Below are positions 8,685 to 18,400 of a stretch of DNA of 64,000 nt, piece by piece. The DNA comes from an uncultured Gammaproteobacteria bacterium (GTDB lineage Bacteria > Patescibacteriota > Patescibacteriia > Magasanikbacterales > GWA2-37-8). Under the pieces are notes generated by a model. It saw nothing but the letters and a program-made list of their open reading frames with translations, did no database searches and was not told where the DNA came from. Positions within the stretch are counted from its first letter, which is position 1, and each line of letters begins with the position of its first letter. Made by a program: the position numbers and the translations under genes. The stretch is from assembly GCA_964510885.1 (NCBI GenBank), contig CAZEDL010000001.1, positions 64,684 through 128,683 of the forward strand, written 5' to 3'.

Positions 8685-9927
8685 GTTTTTCAGTCCGATG
8701 AAAATTATTTTATTCACGGTGTTCGTGGATGTGCTTGGGCTTGGTATTTTGATTCCAGTTATACCGATTCTCCTGGCTGACCCCGCGTCACCCCACTATC
8801 TACTGCCTGCTGGCTGGACGCTTGATCGGGGTTACATCACTCTTGGTTTCCTATTAGCGGTTTTTCCGTTCATGCAATTTTTATCCGCTCCAATCCTTGG
8901 GCAATTATCCGATAAATACGGCCGCAAGCGTTTGCTAGCACTCTGTCTTGCCGGTACCAGCGGGGGATATGCCTTATTTGCGCTTGCCATTATAATCAAA
9001 AGCATCCCATTATTATTTATAGCTAGAGCTATCGACGGTATCACCGGCGGTAATATAGCTATTGCTCAAGCAGCTATTGCCGACATCAGTAAGCCCTCCG
9101 ATCGCGTGAAAAATTTTGGCCTTATGGGCGCCACTTTTGGTGTCGGGTTTATTGTTGGGCCATTTCTTGGCGGGGTATTATCCGACAGCTCGATTATGCC
9201 GTGGTTTAGCGCTGCCACGCCTTTTTGGTTTGCGACCGCGCTGGCTTTTTTAAATACCGTATTCGTATCATATTTTTTCCCCGAAACAAATCGCGAAATC
9301 AAACGCCACCTCCAAATAAATTGGCGCCAGTCACTGCAACACATTGCTGCAGCAGCCACCCATGCCCGTTTGCGTGTTGTATTTTTGTCCAATTTTTTCT
9401 TTCAGGGAGGTTTCACTTTTTTTACTACTTTTTTCAGCGTATTTTTATTTAGCCGGTTTGGTGTAACGCAAAGTCAAATTGGCACCTATTTCGCCGTGAT
9501 TGGGGTGTGTATTGCTCTCGGGCAAGCGTTGGTAGTACGCCGTTTATCAGGAAAATTTCAGCCGGCGTCAATTTTGCGTGTCACACTAATCTTAGTTGGT
9601 TTATACTTGCCACTCCACTTTCTGCCAGCTGCGTGGTGGCAGATGTTTTTCCTCGCCCCTCTTTTTGCTGTTTTAGTCAGTTTGACCCAAAGTAACATGA
9701 CAGGCCAGGTGAGTCTCAGTGCGGCTGGTTCGGTCCAAGGGGAGGTGCTAGGGATTAATGCGAGTGTCCAAGCCCTAGCGCAATCAGTTCCACCCGTTCT
9801 AACTGGTTTTATCGCAGCTTCATTAAGCCCAAGCGCACCTATTGTGGTAGCTGCTATCACCATCTTACTCGCAGGGCTTATCTTTATTGTAGGATTTACT
9901 AAACCAAGGGAACCCGTCAAAACCTAA
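8674..9927 (+). CDS. MFS transporter
   Basis: MFS motif A GQLSDKYGRKRLL, ~12 predicted TM segments, 417 aa. Confidence 0.8.
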   Translation: MSNKFFSPMKIILFTVFVDVLGLGILIPVIPILLADPASPHYLLPAGWTLDRGYITLGFLLAVFPFMQFLSAPILGQLSDKYGRKRLLALCLAGTSGGYALFALAIIIKSIPLLFIARAIDGITGGNIAIAQAAIADISKPSDRVKNFGLMGATFGVGFIVGPFLGGVLSDSSIMPWFSAATPFWFATALAFLNTVFVSYFFPETNREIKRHLQINWRQSLQHIAAAATHARLRVVFLSNFFFQGGFTFFTTFFSVFLFSRFGVTQSQIGTYFAVIGVCIALGQALVVRRLSGKFQPASILRVTLILVGLYLPLHFLPAAWWQMFFLAPLFAVLVSLTQSNMTGQVSLSAAGSVQGEVLGINASVQALAQSVPPVLTGFIAASLSPSAPIVVAAITILLAGLIFIVGFTKPREPVKT

Positions 9928-9930
9928 TTA

Positions 9931-9957
9931 AAAAACCGACCTTTAGGGTCGGTTTTT
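9931..9957. terminator. bidirectional intrinsic terminator between convergent genes
   Basis: aaaaaccgacc-tttag-ggtcggttttt. Confidence 0.55.
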
Positions 9958-9960
9958 ATT

Positions 9961-10527
9961 TTATTGTACTACGTACGTACGGGAATATTTATAAACCGGC
10001 TCTCGCTTATATCCAGTTGATGCTGTATACCGAGTATACGCAGAATTAGTGTTACCTCCGCCCACCATCGCTTGTGGCTCCAGAGTAGTGGCGTAGCTTG
10101 TTGCGACATATGTTTTTTTGTAACTTGAGTTAGCTGCGTTAGTGCGCACATACTCAGAATCTGCAGCCGGTTTAGGAATTAGAGTAGCCTGTGGCACAAA
10201 GGTTCGAGTATAGTAAACTCGATCGTTGCTCACCGTATAACCCATATTTACATATGCAGGGGTATAGGTAGTATCGGTATCATAGTAATATCGATAATTA
10301 GAGCCGCCACCAACATTTTCCTGTGAGCGGAAACAATTGGTTCCTTGCGGACTATCGTTCAGCGGAGGATTAAAGGTGTAATTTAAACGGCCTTCCCCGT
10401 CATAATAAGTCCGAGTATAGTCATAATTGGTCTCAATACCGTAGTTATATGGACAGGCGGCCGCAGCTGGCAGCAAGGCCAATAGGGTAGAAAAAGTGCT
10501 TAATAGAGCAATCAGAAGATAACGCAT
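9961..10527 (-). CDS. secreted Tyr/Thr-rich low-complexity protein
   Basis: Signal peptide MRYLLIALLSTFSTLLALLPAAAA. Mature part has recurring Y-[TKS]-R-T-[YF]-V-like motifs (YTRTYY, YTRTFV, YKKTYV, YSRTYVV). Confidence 0.5.
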   Translation of the reverse strand: MRYLLIALLSTFSTLLALLPAAAACPYNYGIETNYDYTRTYYDGEGRLNYTFNPPLNDSPQGTNCFRSQENVGGGSNYRYYYDTDTTYTPAYVNMGYTVSNDRVYYTRTFVPQATLIPKPAADSEYVRTNAANSSYKKTYVATSYATTLEPQAMVGGGNTNSAYTRYTASTGYKREPVYKYSRTYVVQ

Positions 10528-10631
10528 AAATAAGGCTAAAATTAGATACTAAACAGCTTAGTATAGCACAAAAATGGCCTCTTGTCAAGATCCATTGGCC
10601 AGCGTATACTTACTTTTTTAAATAAGATTTT

Positions 10632-11222
10632 ATGGTAATTCGTTCTGCTGAAGCCCAGCTTCCGACTGAATACGGCATGTTTAAGATTTTTATTTACACT
10701 TCAGATGCCGATAAGCGAGAGTATGTAGCCTTAACAATTGGCGATCTCACCAAGCAACCTATACTAGCGCGTATCCATTCACAGTGTCTCACCGGTGATG
10801 CTTTTGGCTCGCTTAAATGTGATTGCGGTCCGCAGCTGCATGCCAGCCTAAAAGTAATTGGCTCCTCCGAAGCCGGCATCTTGTTGTATTTAAATCAAGA
10901 AGGTCGGAGCATTGGCCTCAGTAACAAAATCAAAGCCTATGCCCTCCAGGATCAGGGTATGGATACGGTGGAAGCGAACGCAGCGCTCGGCTTTGCTCCC
11001 GATGCCCGCAATTACACTGTGGCTGCTGATATCCTAAAAGATCTTGGTGTTACGACCATTGCACTCCTCACCAATAATCCCGACAAAGTCACTCAAATTA
11101 AACAGTATGGAATCACCATATCGCATCGCTTGCCACTCGAGATCGCTGCGCAACCTAAGAATCGTGATTATTTGCTTGTCAAAAAAAATAAAATGGGCCA
11201 CCACCTCGATCAATTCGAATAA
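10632..11222 (+). CDS. ribA: GTP cyclohydrolase II
   Basis: HSQCLTGDAFGSLKCDCGPQL zinc-binding motif and a conserved C-terminal half. Confidence 0.85.
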   Translation: MVIRSAEAQLPTEYGMFKIFIYTSDADKREYVALTIGDLTKQPILARIHSQCLTGDAFGSLKCDCGPQLHASLKVIGSSEAGILLYLNQEGRSIGLSNKIKAYALQDQGMDTVEANAALGFAPDARNYTVAADILKDLGVTTIALLTNNPDKVTQIKQYGITISHRLPLEIAAQPKNRDYLLVKKNKMGHHLDQFE

Positions 11223-11224
11223 TT

Positions 11225-12334
11225 TTGTTCAGATCTATGGTAAAATCGGTATCAGATGATTTATTTTTAGCCCGCACGCTAGCGCTAGCTAAGAAAGGTC
11301 GTGGTCACACAAGTCCGAATCCGCTCGTTGGGTGTGTAATTGTAAAAAATAATCGGGTTCTGGCCGAAGGGTACCATCACCGCCTTGGCGGAGCTCATGC
11401 AGAAATCGAAGCTCTCGCCGCCGCCAAAAAACACGGAGTATCGGTGCGTGGTGCCACCCTGTATGTTAATTTAGAACCGTGCTCATACCAGGGGCGTCAG
11501 CCGCCCTGCGCTCCGGCTCTCGTGGCGGCCGGCATTACCCGAGTAGTTTTTTGTACGATCGATCCCAATCCTCGGGTAGCAGGAAAAGGCGCCGCGCTCT
11601 TACGCCAATCAAGTATCGAAGTAAGCTCCGGCCATCTCGAAGCCGAGGCACGCGCGTTGAATGAATCTTTTTTTACCTACCACGAAACTAAGCGCCCGTT
11701 CATCGCCCTTAAATATGCCGCCAGCCTCGACGGCAAAATTGCTACCTATACCGGCGATTCTAAATGGATAACTAATGAGGCTTCGCGCGCGTATGCACGG
11801 TCTCTACGTGGAATATACCAGGCTATCTTGGTTGGAATAGGCACAGTGCTCACTGACGATCCACATCTCGGCTCACGCCAAAAAAACACCACCGACCCGC
11901 TGCGGATTATTCTAGATAGTTCACTACGCATCCCTCTCTCAAGCCAAGTGCTGCGTGATAACAATGTCCTTATCGTCACAACCCACCTGGCTAGCAAAAC
12001 TAAACTGGCTGCACTCAAAAAACGCGGTTTCTCTGTGGTTTCGTTTAGAGGAAAAACTATTCCTATTCCCGCCCTCTTAAAAGTTTTAAAAGAGCGTGAA
12101 ATAATTAGCGTGTTAGTTGAAGGTGGTGGAACCGTACTCGGCAGTTTTATTGATCAGGGGTTGGTTGATAAGGTGTACATATTTCAAGCTCCACTTATCG
12201 TGGGTGGAGTCGGCGCGATTAGTGCGGTCGGCGGCCGAGGCGCCAAAACTATTAAATCTTCCCTGTACTTACAGCGGGTAGAGCGTCATGCTATTGGTTC
12301 TGATCTGTTGACGATTGGGTATCTGCGAGCTTAG
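11225..12334 (+). CDS. ribD: bifunctional riboflavin biosynthesis deaminase/reductase
   Basis: CMP/dCMP deaminase zinc motif HAEIEAL...LEPCSYQGRQPPC plus a C-terminal RibD reductase domain. Confidence 0.85.
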   Translation: MFRSMVKSVSDDLFLARTLALAKKGRGHTSPNPLVGCVIVKNNRVLAEGYHHRLGGAHAEIEALAAAKKHGVSVRGATLYVNLEPCSYQGRQPPCAPALVAAGITRVVFCTIDPNPRVAGKGAALLRQSSIEVSSGHLEAEARALNESFFTYHETKRPFIALKYAASLDGKIATYTGDSKWITNEASRAYARSLRGIYQAILVGIGTVLTDDPHLGSRQKNTTDPLRIILDSSLRIPLSSQVLRDNNVLIVTTHLASKTKLAALKKRGFSVVSFRGKTIPIPALLKVLKEREIISVLVEGGGTVLGSFIDQGLVDKVYIFQAPLIVGGVGAISAVGGRGAKTIKSSLYLQRVERHAIGSDLLTIGYLRA

Positions 12335-12368
12335 AATATCAAAAGATTTATTTTTAATAATTATTAGT

Positions 12369-12968
12369 ATGGTTATCGATGCCAAAACAGTTCGCACCAC
12401 TACAGCGCCAATTGGCGATATATTTCTCGAGCGTTGGTCGCCGCGTGCCTTATCTGGCGAGGCCTTGAGTGACGAAGAAGTAAAAGCGCTATTTGAAGCG
12501 GCGCGCTGGGCCCCGTCTTCCTACAATAATCAGCCCTGGCGCTTCGTGATCGCCACCAAAGATTCCCCCGAATGGGGTACTATTTTTGGCCTGCTTGGCG
12601 AGTTCAACCAGAGTTGGTGTAAGCAGGCGAGTCTCCTTGCAGTTGTTATCTCTAGTAATAAATTCGCCTACAATGGCGAGCCGTCGCCCACTCATTCCTA
12701 TGATACCGGCTCTGCTTGGATGAGTCTCGCCCTCGAAGCATCTCGCCGCGGCTTGGTAGCCCATGGGATGCAAGGGTTTGATTACGCCCGGGCTAAAACC
12801 GAACTAAAAATTCCCGACGATTACACTGTTGAGGCTATGTTTGCAGTTGGTAAACACGGTAAAAAAGAAGATCTGTCAGCAGAGTTACAGGCCAAAGAGC
12901 AGCCTTCTGATCGCAACCCTATTTCTGAGTTCGTCTTTAAAGGTGCTTTTGGTCAAAGAATTTTTTAA
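12369..12968 (+). CDS. nitroreductase-family flavoprotein
   Basis: SSYNNQPWRF hallmark. Start chosen at the internal Met after the ribD stop (the ORF track begins at 12315). Confidence 0.65.
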   Translation: MVIDAKTVRTTTAPIGDIFLERWSPRALSGEALSDEEVKALFEAARWAPSSYNNQPWRFVIATKDSPEWGTIFGLLGEFNQSWCKQASLLAVVISSNKFAYNGEPSPTHSYDTGSAWMSLALEASRRGLVAHGMQGFDYARAKTELKIPDDYTVEAMFAVGKHGKKEDLSAELQAKEQPSDRNPISEFVFKGAFGQRIF

Positions 12969-12980
12969 TGTTAAAAGTAT

Positions 12981-13214
12981 ATGATGTCCCATTTACTCTT
13001 TCCCCCAGGCTTTGGTTTTATGTTTATTTTCATGATTATCGCCACCGTCTTTTGGATTTGGATGTTGGTTGATTGTGTTACCCGTAAGTTCACTAGTCAA
13101 GTTGAAAAAATTGCCTGGGTTCTTGGGATGCTTTTTTTCCACGTAATTATTTCAATTGTCTATTATTTTGCCGTCAAAAAAAGCAATCCGACTGGAGTCA
13201 TGAAAACACCTTAA
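12981..13214 (+). CDS. small membrane protein with PLD-nuclease N-terminal (PLDc_N)-like domain
   Basis: Two TM helices and the W..WML.D...KIAWVL...YYF pattern. Confidence 0.5.
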   Translation: MMSHLLFPPGFGFMFIFMIIATVFWIWMLVDCVTRKFTSQVEKIAWVLGMLFFHVIISIVYYFAVKKSNPTGVMKTP

Positions 13215-13290
13215 ACACATAGAACATCAAGCCGCTGCCGACATACCCGCGCATGGGCCAGCTCACGAGGGGGATCAACGGTTTATGGCT

Positions 13291-13327
13291 AAATAAAAAA
13301 TCCTTGTTTTAGCAAGGATTTTTTATT
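13291..13327. terminator. bidirectional intrinsic terminator
   Basis: aaaaaatccttg-tttta-gcaaggatttttt. Confidence 0.55.
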
Positions 13328-13329
13328 TA

Positions 13330-13443
13330 TTATGTCCGGACGATTTTTTTCTTAACAATGTGCTTGGTTTTCTTTTTCAAGCGTTTACCAATCTTGGTAT
13401 TTTTTTTCGCCTGATTCATGCGAGCTTTGAGAGCGCTGTTCAT
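13330..13443 (-). CDS. small highly basic ORF (37 aa), unassigned
   Basis: MNSALKARMNQAKKNTKIGKRLKKKTKHIVKKKIVRT. Sits between a terminator and tkt. Not matched to any ribosomal protein I can recognise. Confidence 0.2.
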   Translation of the reverse strand: MNSALKARMNQAKKNTKIGKRLKKKTKHIVKKKIVRT

Positions 13444-13520
13444 AACACGAAATAAATAAGTAATAAGGTACTGCTTGAGTATGCCACAAGGGAATTAAAA
13501 ATTCAAGTCTAGTCAGCCTC

Positions 13521-15371
13521 TTAGGTTAATTTTTTTACTATACCTACAATGGCCTCGGCTGAAATTCCTTCATACTCAAGTAGTTCTTCCGGCTTCCCAC
13601 TCATCGACATCTTGGTTACAGCCAGAGAGTGCACAACTGCCCCGGTGTCAAATACTGCGCTACGCACCGCTTCAGCCAGGCCGCCTTCGGGGTAATGGTC
13701 TTCAACTACAATAAGATGCTTGGTTTCAGTTGCAGCCGTGGTGAGAGTGATGGTGTCAATTGGTTTAACACTATAAAGGTCTATGACTCGAACCATAATA
13801 CCTTCCTGTTGTAATAGGTCATAAGCCTTTAAAGCTTCATGCAAAGTTATACCCGCTGCCACGATCGTGGCCGCATCAGTCGCACTCGTTTTAAGTGTTT
13901 TGCTTCCGCCGATCGGAAATTTCTCGTCGGTAGAGTAGAGGATTGCGGTATCTTTGCGGGTAGTCCGCATATAGATAAGCCCAGGCGTTTCAGCCATCGT
14001 GGCAGTTAATTTTTCTGTCGACACCGCATCACTCGGGTACAGTACCGTGCTGCCAAGCACCGCCCGGAACAAACTAATATCTTCTAGGGCCATCTGTGAT
14101 GACCCATCTTCACCAATCGATACACCTGCATGAGACCCAACAAATTTTATATTCCCCTCAGAATATTGACTCATCCGAATCTGATCAGCTGCCCGGGTGA
14201 AAAATGCGGCAAAGGTAGATACGAAAGGAATTTCGCCGCGCCGCGATAGCCCAAGGGCGGTGCTTACCATATTCTGCTCGGCAATATACATTTCAAAAAA
14301 TCGCTCCGGCGCTGTTTTTTTAGCCAGTTCGGCATAGGTAGAGTTGCTTGTTTCCGCATCAAGCACGACCACTCGTTCATTAGCGGTTACTAGTTTGGCA
14401 AGCGCGTTGCCGTAGGCGCGGCGGGTGGAGGTGGGTTTATCGTAATGTGAAGAAGCTGGAATCTGGAAGTTAGAATTTGGAAAATTGTTTCGGATTTCGG
14501 ATTTTAGATTCCGGATTTCCGTCTTCAATGGTTGTTCTATAATACCCCTTATATTTAAATCCACCTCACCAAGTTCTGCTAACGCTTTTTCTAACTCTTC
14601 CTTTGAAAGCGTTTTACCATGCCACCCATCTTTATTTTCTAAAAATGAAACACCTTTACCCTTCACCGTCTTGGCAATTATCATAACTGGTTTGTCAGTG
14701 GTACTCTGAGCGGTTTCAAACGCAGTTGCTATCTCTTCAAGATTATGGCCATCTATTTCAATCGCTTTCCACCCAAAGGACTCAACTCGGGCAACATACG
14801 TATCAGTGTCATGCCCGAGCATCGTTTCACCGCGCTGACCTAGGCGATTTATGTCAATAATCCCAACCAGATTATTTAATCTATAATGGCTAGCCACTTC
14901 GAGTGCCTCCCACACTGATCCTTCAGCCATTTCACTGTCCCCAAGCAGAACATACGTCCGATAGGATAAGTTTCGAAGCCGCGCCTGCAGCGCCATCCCC
15001 AGGCCAATCGATAATCCTTGGCCAAGCGAACCGGTCGCTGCCTCAGTATAAGGAAATTTCAATGTCGGATGACCTTCCAGACGGCTGCCAAATTTTCTAA
15101 GCGTATTTAATTCTTTCGCTTCAATCGCACCGGCCGCTGCATAGAGTGAGTAAAATAGGGGAGAGGCATGGCCTTTGCTAAAAATCAGCCGGTCGTTATT
15201 AATGTATGCTGGATCATCTAGTTTGGCTTTAAAAATTCCGCCAAATAGCAACACGGACATAACATCAGCTGCCGATAGCGAAGAACTAGGGTGCCCTGAT
15301 CCGGCTGCTGTGGTAGAAGTTAAGCATAGATAACGAACCAGTTTAGCAATTTTAAATAATTGTTCATCCAT
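13521..15371 (-). CDS. tkt: transketolase
   Basis: N-terminal TPP motif AAGSGHPSSSLSAADVM, full three-domain length of 616 aa. Confidence 0.9.
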   Translation of the reverse strand: MDEQLFKIAKLVRYLCLTSTTAAGSGHPSSSLSAADVMSVLLFGGIFKAKLDDPAYINNDRLIFSKGHASPLFYSLYAAAGAIEAKELNTLRKFGSRLEGHPTLKFPYTEAATGSLGQGLSIGLGMALQARLRNLSYRTYVLLGDSEMAEGSVWEALEVASHYRLNNLVGIIDINRLGQRGETMLGHDTDTYVARVESFGWKAIEIDGHNLEEIATAFETAQSTTDKPVMIIAKTVKGKGVSFLENKDGWHGKTLSKEELEKALAELGEVDLNIRGIIEQPLKTEIRNLKSEIRNNFPNSNFQIPASSHYDKPTSTRRAYGNALAKLVTANERVVVLDAETSNSTYAELAKKTAPERFFEMYIAEQNMVSTALGLSRRGEIPFVSTFAAFFTRAADQIRMSQYSEGNIKFVGSHAGVSIGEDGSSQMALEDISLFRAVLGSTVLYPSDAVSTEKLTATMAETPGLIYMRTTRKDTAILYSTDEKFPIGGSKTLKTSATDAATIVAAGITLHEALKAYDLLQQEGIMVRVIDLYSVKPIDTITLTTAATETKHLIVVEDHYPEGGLAEAVRSAVFDTGAVVHSLAVTKMSMSGKPEELLEYEGISAEAIVGIVKKLT

Positions 15372-15404
15372 AGTGGAGTATAAAATAATTTAGAATCAAA
15401 ACAA

Positions 15405-15824
15405 CTAATCAGGTCTTTTCAAAGACAGCATAATTCGTTCAGCTCTATCCAAATGAGCTGCCACCGTAGAGGCAGAGCCAACCAAATCTGCGATCTCTCG
15501 GTTTGATCTTTTTTGATCGGCGCTATCTTCAAATGGCAGCTGTAACAAATGCTCATACTTATCTGCTCTCAAGACTTCCTTCTTATTATCTCCAGTACTC
15601 ATTCTCAATTCTGCGAGCTCTGCTCTTAGTCTCTCTTTACAATATATAACCATATCTTTTCCCAGCCCATGACGTAAAGTTAGCAACAAAGCTTTAACCG
15701 CATCCATGTTATCAAATGCAGATTGCAAAAAATCGTTACCCAACGAGGTATAGCCGACAAACGAATTCTTATCCGCTGCTCGTCGTTGTAATTTCCCTTC
15801 TATCCTTTCACCGATCATATGCAA
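15405..15824 (-). CDS. hypothetical protein with sigma-70 region-4-like HTH at the C-terminus
   Basis: The segment LPFEDSADQKRSNREIADLVGSASTVAAHLDRAERIM resembles region-4 HTH. Sits between zwf::gnd and tkt. Confidence 0.35.
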   Translation of the reverse strand: MHMIGERIEGKLQRRAADKNSFVGYTSLGNDFLQSAFDNMDAVKALLLTLRHGLGKDMVIYCKERLRAELAELRMSTGDNKKEVLRADKYEHLLQLPFEDSADQKRSNREIADLVGSASTVAAHLDRAERIMLSLKRPD

Positions 15825-15833
15825 GAGTAGTAG

Positions 15834-18206
15834 TTATTTTTTAACACTGTGGCCTCCAAACTGATTACGCATTGTAGACAGTAATTGCCCGGTATAGCTT
15901 GGCTTCTTTTTCGATTTCACGCGGAAATTAAACGAATCTTCAATCACAGGGGCAGGTACTTTTAATTTCTTGGCAGTTTTCACCGTCCACTCGCCTTCGC
16001 CCGTATAGTTTACCGCTCCCGAGACTGATTTCAAATTTTCACCATATGCTTCAAAGCCGCTTTTCAGCCAGCCGACCAGCCGTGATTCTATTACGCTGCC
16101 GCGGTTGTACAGCCGTGCCACCTCAGTGAGGTTTGGTTTGAAGTTAGATTTTTTCATCACGGCAAAACCTTCGGCAATTGCCTGCATCATACCATATTCA
16201 ATCCCATTATGTACCATTTTAATAAAATGCCCAGCACCAGCGCCATCAAACATGGCATAGCCTTCGGGCAGCGCGAGATCAACCCATAAGTGCTCAAGCC
16301 GCTTGGCTCGTTTTTGTCCGCCACCAATCATGAGGCAGGCACCATTCCTGGCTCCGGCCGGACCACCAGATACTCCCACATCCAAAAAGTGAATGCCTCG
16401 TTTTTCAAGCAATTTACCACGTCGTTCGGAATCAAGGTAAAACGAATTACCTCCATCTATAATCGTGTCACCCCGCTCAACATAGTTAATAAGCCCGTCT
16501 TGCGTGCCAAATAGTACCTCATCAACGGGCGCTCCTGCAGGCACCATCATCCAAATCAATCGCGGAGCGGGCAGGCTGTCGACTAATTCTTTAAGTGTAG
16601 TTGCGGTCCGTGCGCGAATTTCTTGTCCAAGCGTCATGGCGACTTCATGGGTACGATTAAATAGAGTGGTGCTCCAGCCTTTTTCTGCCAACCGTCGAGC
16701 CACATTTGCCCCCATTTTTCCGAGACCAATAATACCAATTGATTTTGAAAGCACAATCGGCATAGAGGCAGCCGGCTTGGTTTCAGTAATGACTGCTACA
16801 TCCGGTTCGTATTGCTCGAGTATCACTCCGTTATTTTTCCATACGTGAATAATTGGGTCGATAAATTTCCACATTGCTTTAATCTCTCGAGTCTCATTAA
16901 ACAGTGTTTGGTCGCCCATAATACAGTCGAGAAGAATTTTTTTGTATTCTTCGACATAAAGCATGTCGCTCTTCTGCCCCCGCAGTAAAAAATCGATCGT
17001 TCGCTCATCGAGCTTATATTCTATACCCGGCAATTTAGACCAAAATTTAATACTAATGCCTTCGGTAGGCTCGACCGAAAAAATAATTTGATTCTGATGA
17101 TGTGGCTCCCCAGGGGGACACCAGCAAGGAGATGTATGTTTAAAGGTTACAATAATTTCTTTTTTGCGTACTCCGAGCCGTTTTCCACTCTCGAGCATGA
17201 TAGGCACCCCACTCCACCGCGGAGAGTCAAGCTCAAAGGTGAGCTTAAAGTACGTTTCGTTATTAGAATTTTTGGCCACGCCAACAATGTCTTGGTATCC
17301 GGCATATTGTGCCCGGCGGGTAGATTTTTTAATATCTTTAGCAGATAACTTGGGAAGTTTTTCAAGCAGTTTCATGCGTTCATCACGGATTGCCTCAGGC
17401 GAAAACTCAGCCGGCTGATTCATAGTTACAAGTCCCAGCATTTGCAAGAGATGGTTCTGCCCCATATCACGCAGCGCCCCCACGGAGTCATAATACCGAC
17501 CTCGCTCTTCCACTCCGAGCGTTTCCCAAAGACGCAAATCAATTCGCTCAATAAATTGATTATTCCATATGGGCTCGAATAAATTATTGGCAAATCTAAA
17601 GCTCAAAATATTCTGCAACATCGTTTTGGCCAAGTAGTGATCGATGCGATAAATTTGTTCTTCCTTAAATAGCTTGCCTAATCGTTCATCTAGTCGTTCG
17701 GCCGTTTTTAAATCGTTGCCAAACGGTTTTTCTACCAGCACACGACTCCAGCCTTCCGCTGCGGAACAAGGCTTGGTTAAATTAGACTGCGCTAAATTTT
17801 CTACAATCGGTTCGATAAATGTTGGCGGCACGGCCAAATAAAAGAGTTTATTCGAGCAAGCCTTCCATTCGCCATCGATATACCCTAGGCGTTCAGCCAG
17901 CGAACGATACGCCTGAAGCGCATCAAAATCACCCTGTTGCCACTCAATCCGTTTCAAAAATCCAGCCACCTGATCGGCTGGTGTAGTTTTGAATTCAGCT
18001 CGCTCCAAAATAATCTGCCGCACCTGGTCACGGAATGCCTCTGCCGTTAAATTTCGATGTGAAAATCCAATAATATGAAATAAGCGGGGTAATTTTTTTT
18101 CTAAATAGAGATGAAATAATGCGGGCACGATTTTGCGCCCCATCAAATCGCCAGTAGCCCCAAAAATAATAAGGATCGTAGGTAATGTAAGAGAGGTAAA
18201 ATCCAT
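15834..18206 (-). CDS. fusion protein: glucose-6-phosphate dehydrogenase (N-terminal ~480 aa) + short-form 6-phosphogluconate dehydrogenase, decarboxylating (C-terminal ~300 aa)
   Basis: G6PD motifs IIFGATGDLMGRKIVPAL and RIDHYLAKTMLQNI. 6PGDH motifs IGIIGLGKMGANVARRL, GAGHFIKMVHNGIEYGMMQAIAEG and RNQFGGHSV. Single uninterrupted 790-aa frame. Confidence 0.85.
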   Translation of the reverse strand: MDFTSLTLPTILIIFGATGDLMGRKIVPALFHLYLEKKLPRLFHIIGFSHRNLTAEAFRDQVRQIILERAEFKTTPADQVAGFLKRIEWQQGDFDALQAYRSLAERLGYIDGEWKACSNKLFYLAVPPTFIEPIVENLAQSNLTKPCSAAEGWSRVLVEKPFGNDLKTAERLDERLGKLFKEEQIYRIDHYLAKTMLQNILSFRFANNLFEPIWNNQFIERIDLRLWETLGVEERGRYYDSVGALRDMGQNHLLQMLGLVTMNQPAEFSPEAIRDERMKLLEKLPKLSAKDIKKSTRRAQYAGYQDIVGVAKNSNNETYFKLTFELDSPRWSGVPIMLESGKRLGVRKKEIIVTFKHTSPCWCPPGEPHHQNQIIFSVEPTEGISIKFWSKLPGIEYKLDERTIDFLLRGQKSDMLYVEEYKKILLDCIMGDQTLFNETREIKAMWKFIDPIIHVWKNNGVILEQYEPDVAVITETKPAASMPIVLSKSIGIIGLGKMGANVARRLAEKGWSTTLFNRTHEVAMTLGQEIRARTATTLKELVDSLPAPRLIWMMVPAGAPVDEVLFGTQDGLINYVERGDTIIDGGNSFYLDSERRGKLLEKRGIHFLDVGVSGGPAGARNGACLMIGGGQKRAKRLEHLWVDLALPEGYAMFDGAGAGHFIKMVHNGIEYGMMQAIAEGFAVMKKSNFKPNLTEVARLYNRGSVIESRLVGWLKSGFEAYGENLKSVSGAVNYTGEGEWTVKTAKKLKVPAPVIEDSFNFRVKSKKKPSYTGQLLSTMRNQFGGHSVKK

Positions 18207-18250
18207 AAAAAATTCAAAAATGATACCAAAATCGTAACATGTGAGAATTA

Positions 18251-18282
18251 AAAAAGCAATCCATAAACGGATTGCTTTTTTG
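18251..18282. terminator. bidirectional intrinsic terminator
   Basis: aaaaagcaatcc-ataaac-ggattgctttttt. Confidence 0.5.
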
Positions 18283-18400
18283 TCATTTTTTTCAGATCTT
18301 TCCTGTGAAACAAACTAGTTAGTATCACAGGAAACCGGATCTGAAAAAAATGTGTTTGCCCTAGCCACCTACACGGATGGCACTTGGGCTCTGATCGCCA

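Noticed and set aside
9558-9920. 120-aa minus-strand ORF inside the MFS transporter gene
   Set aside because: Antisense shadow ORF with no independent signals.
10528-10631. Possible FMN riboswitch upstream of ribA-ribD
   Set aside because: The intergenic region is only ~100 nt and lacks recognisable FMN-aptamer conserved segments. A plain promoter is more likely.
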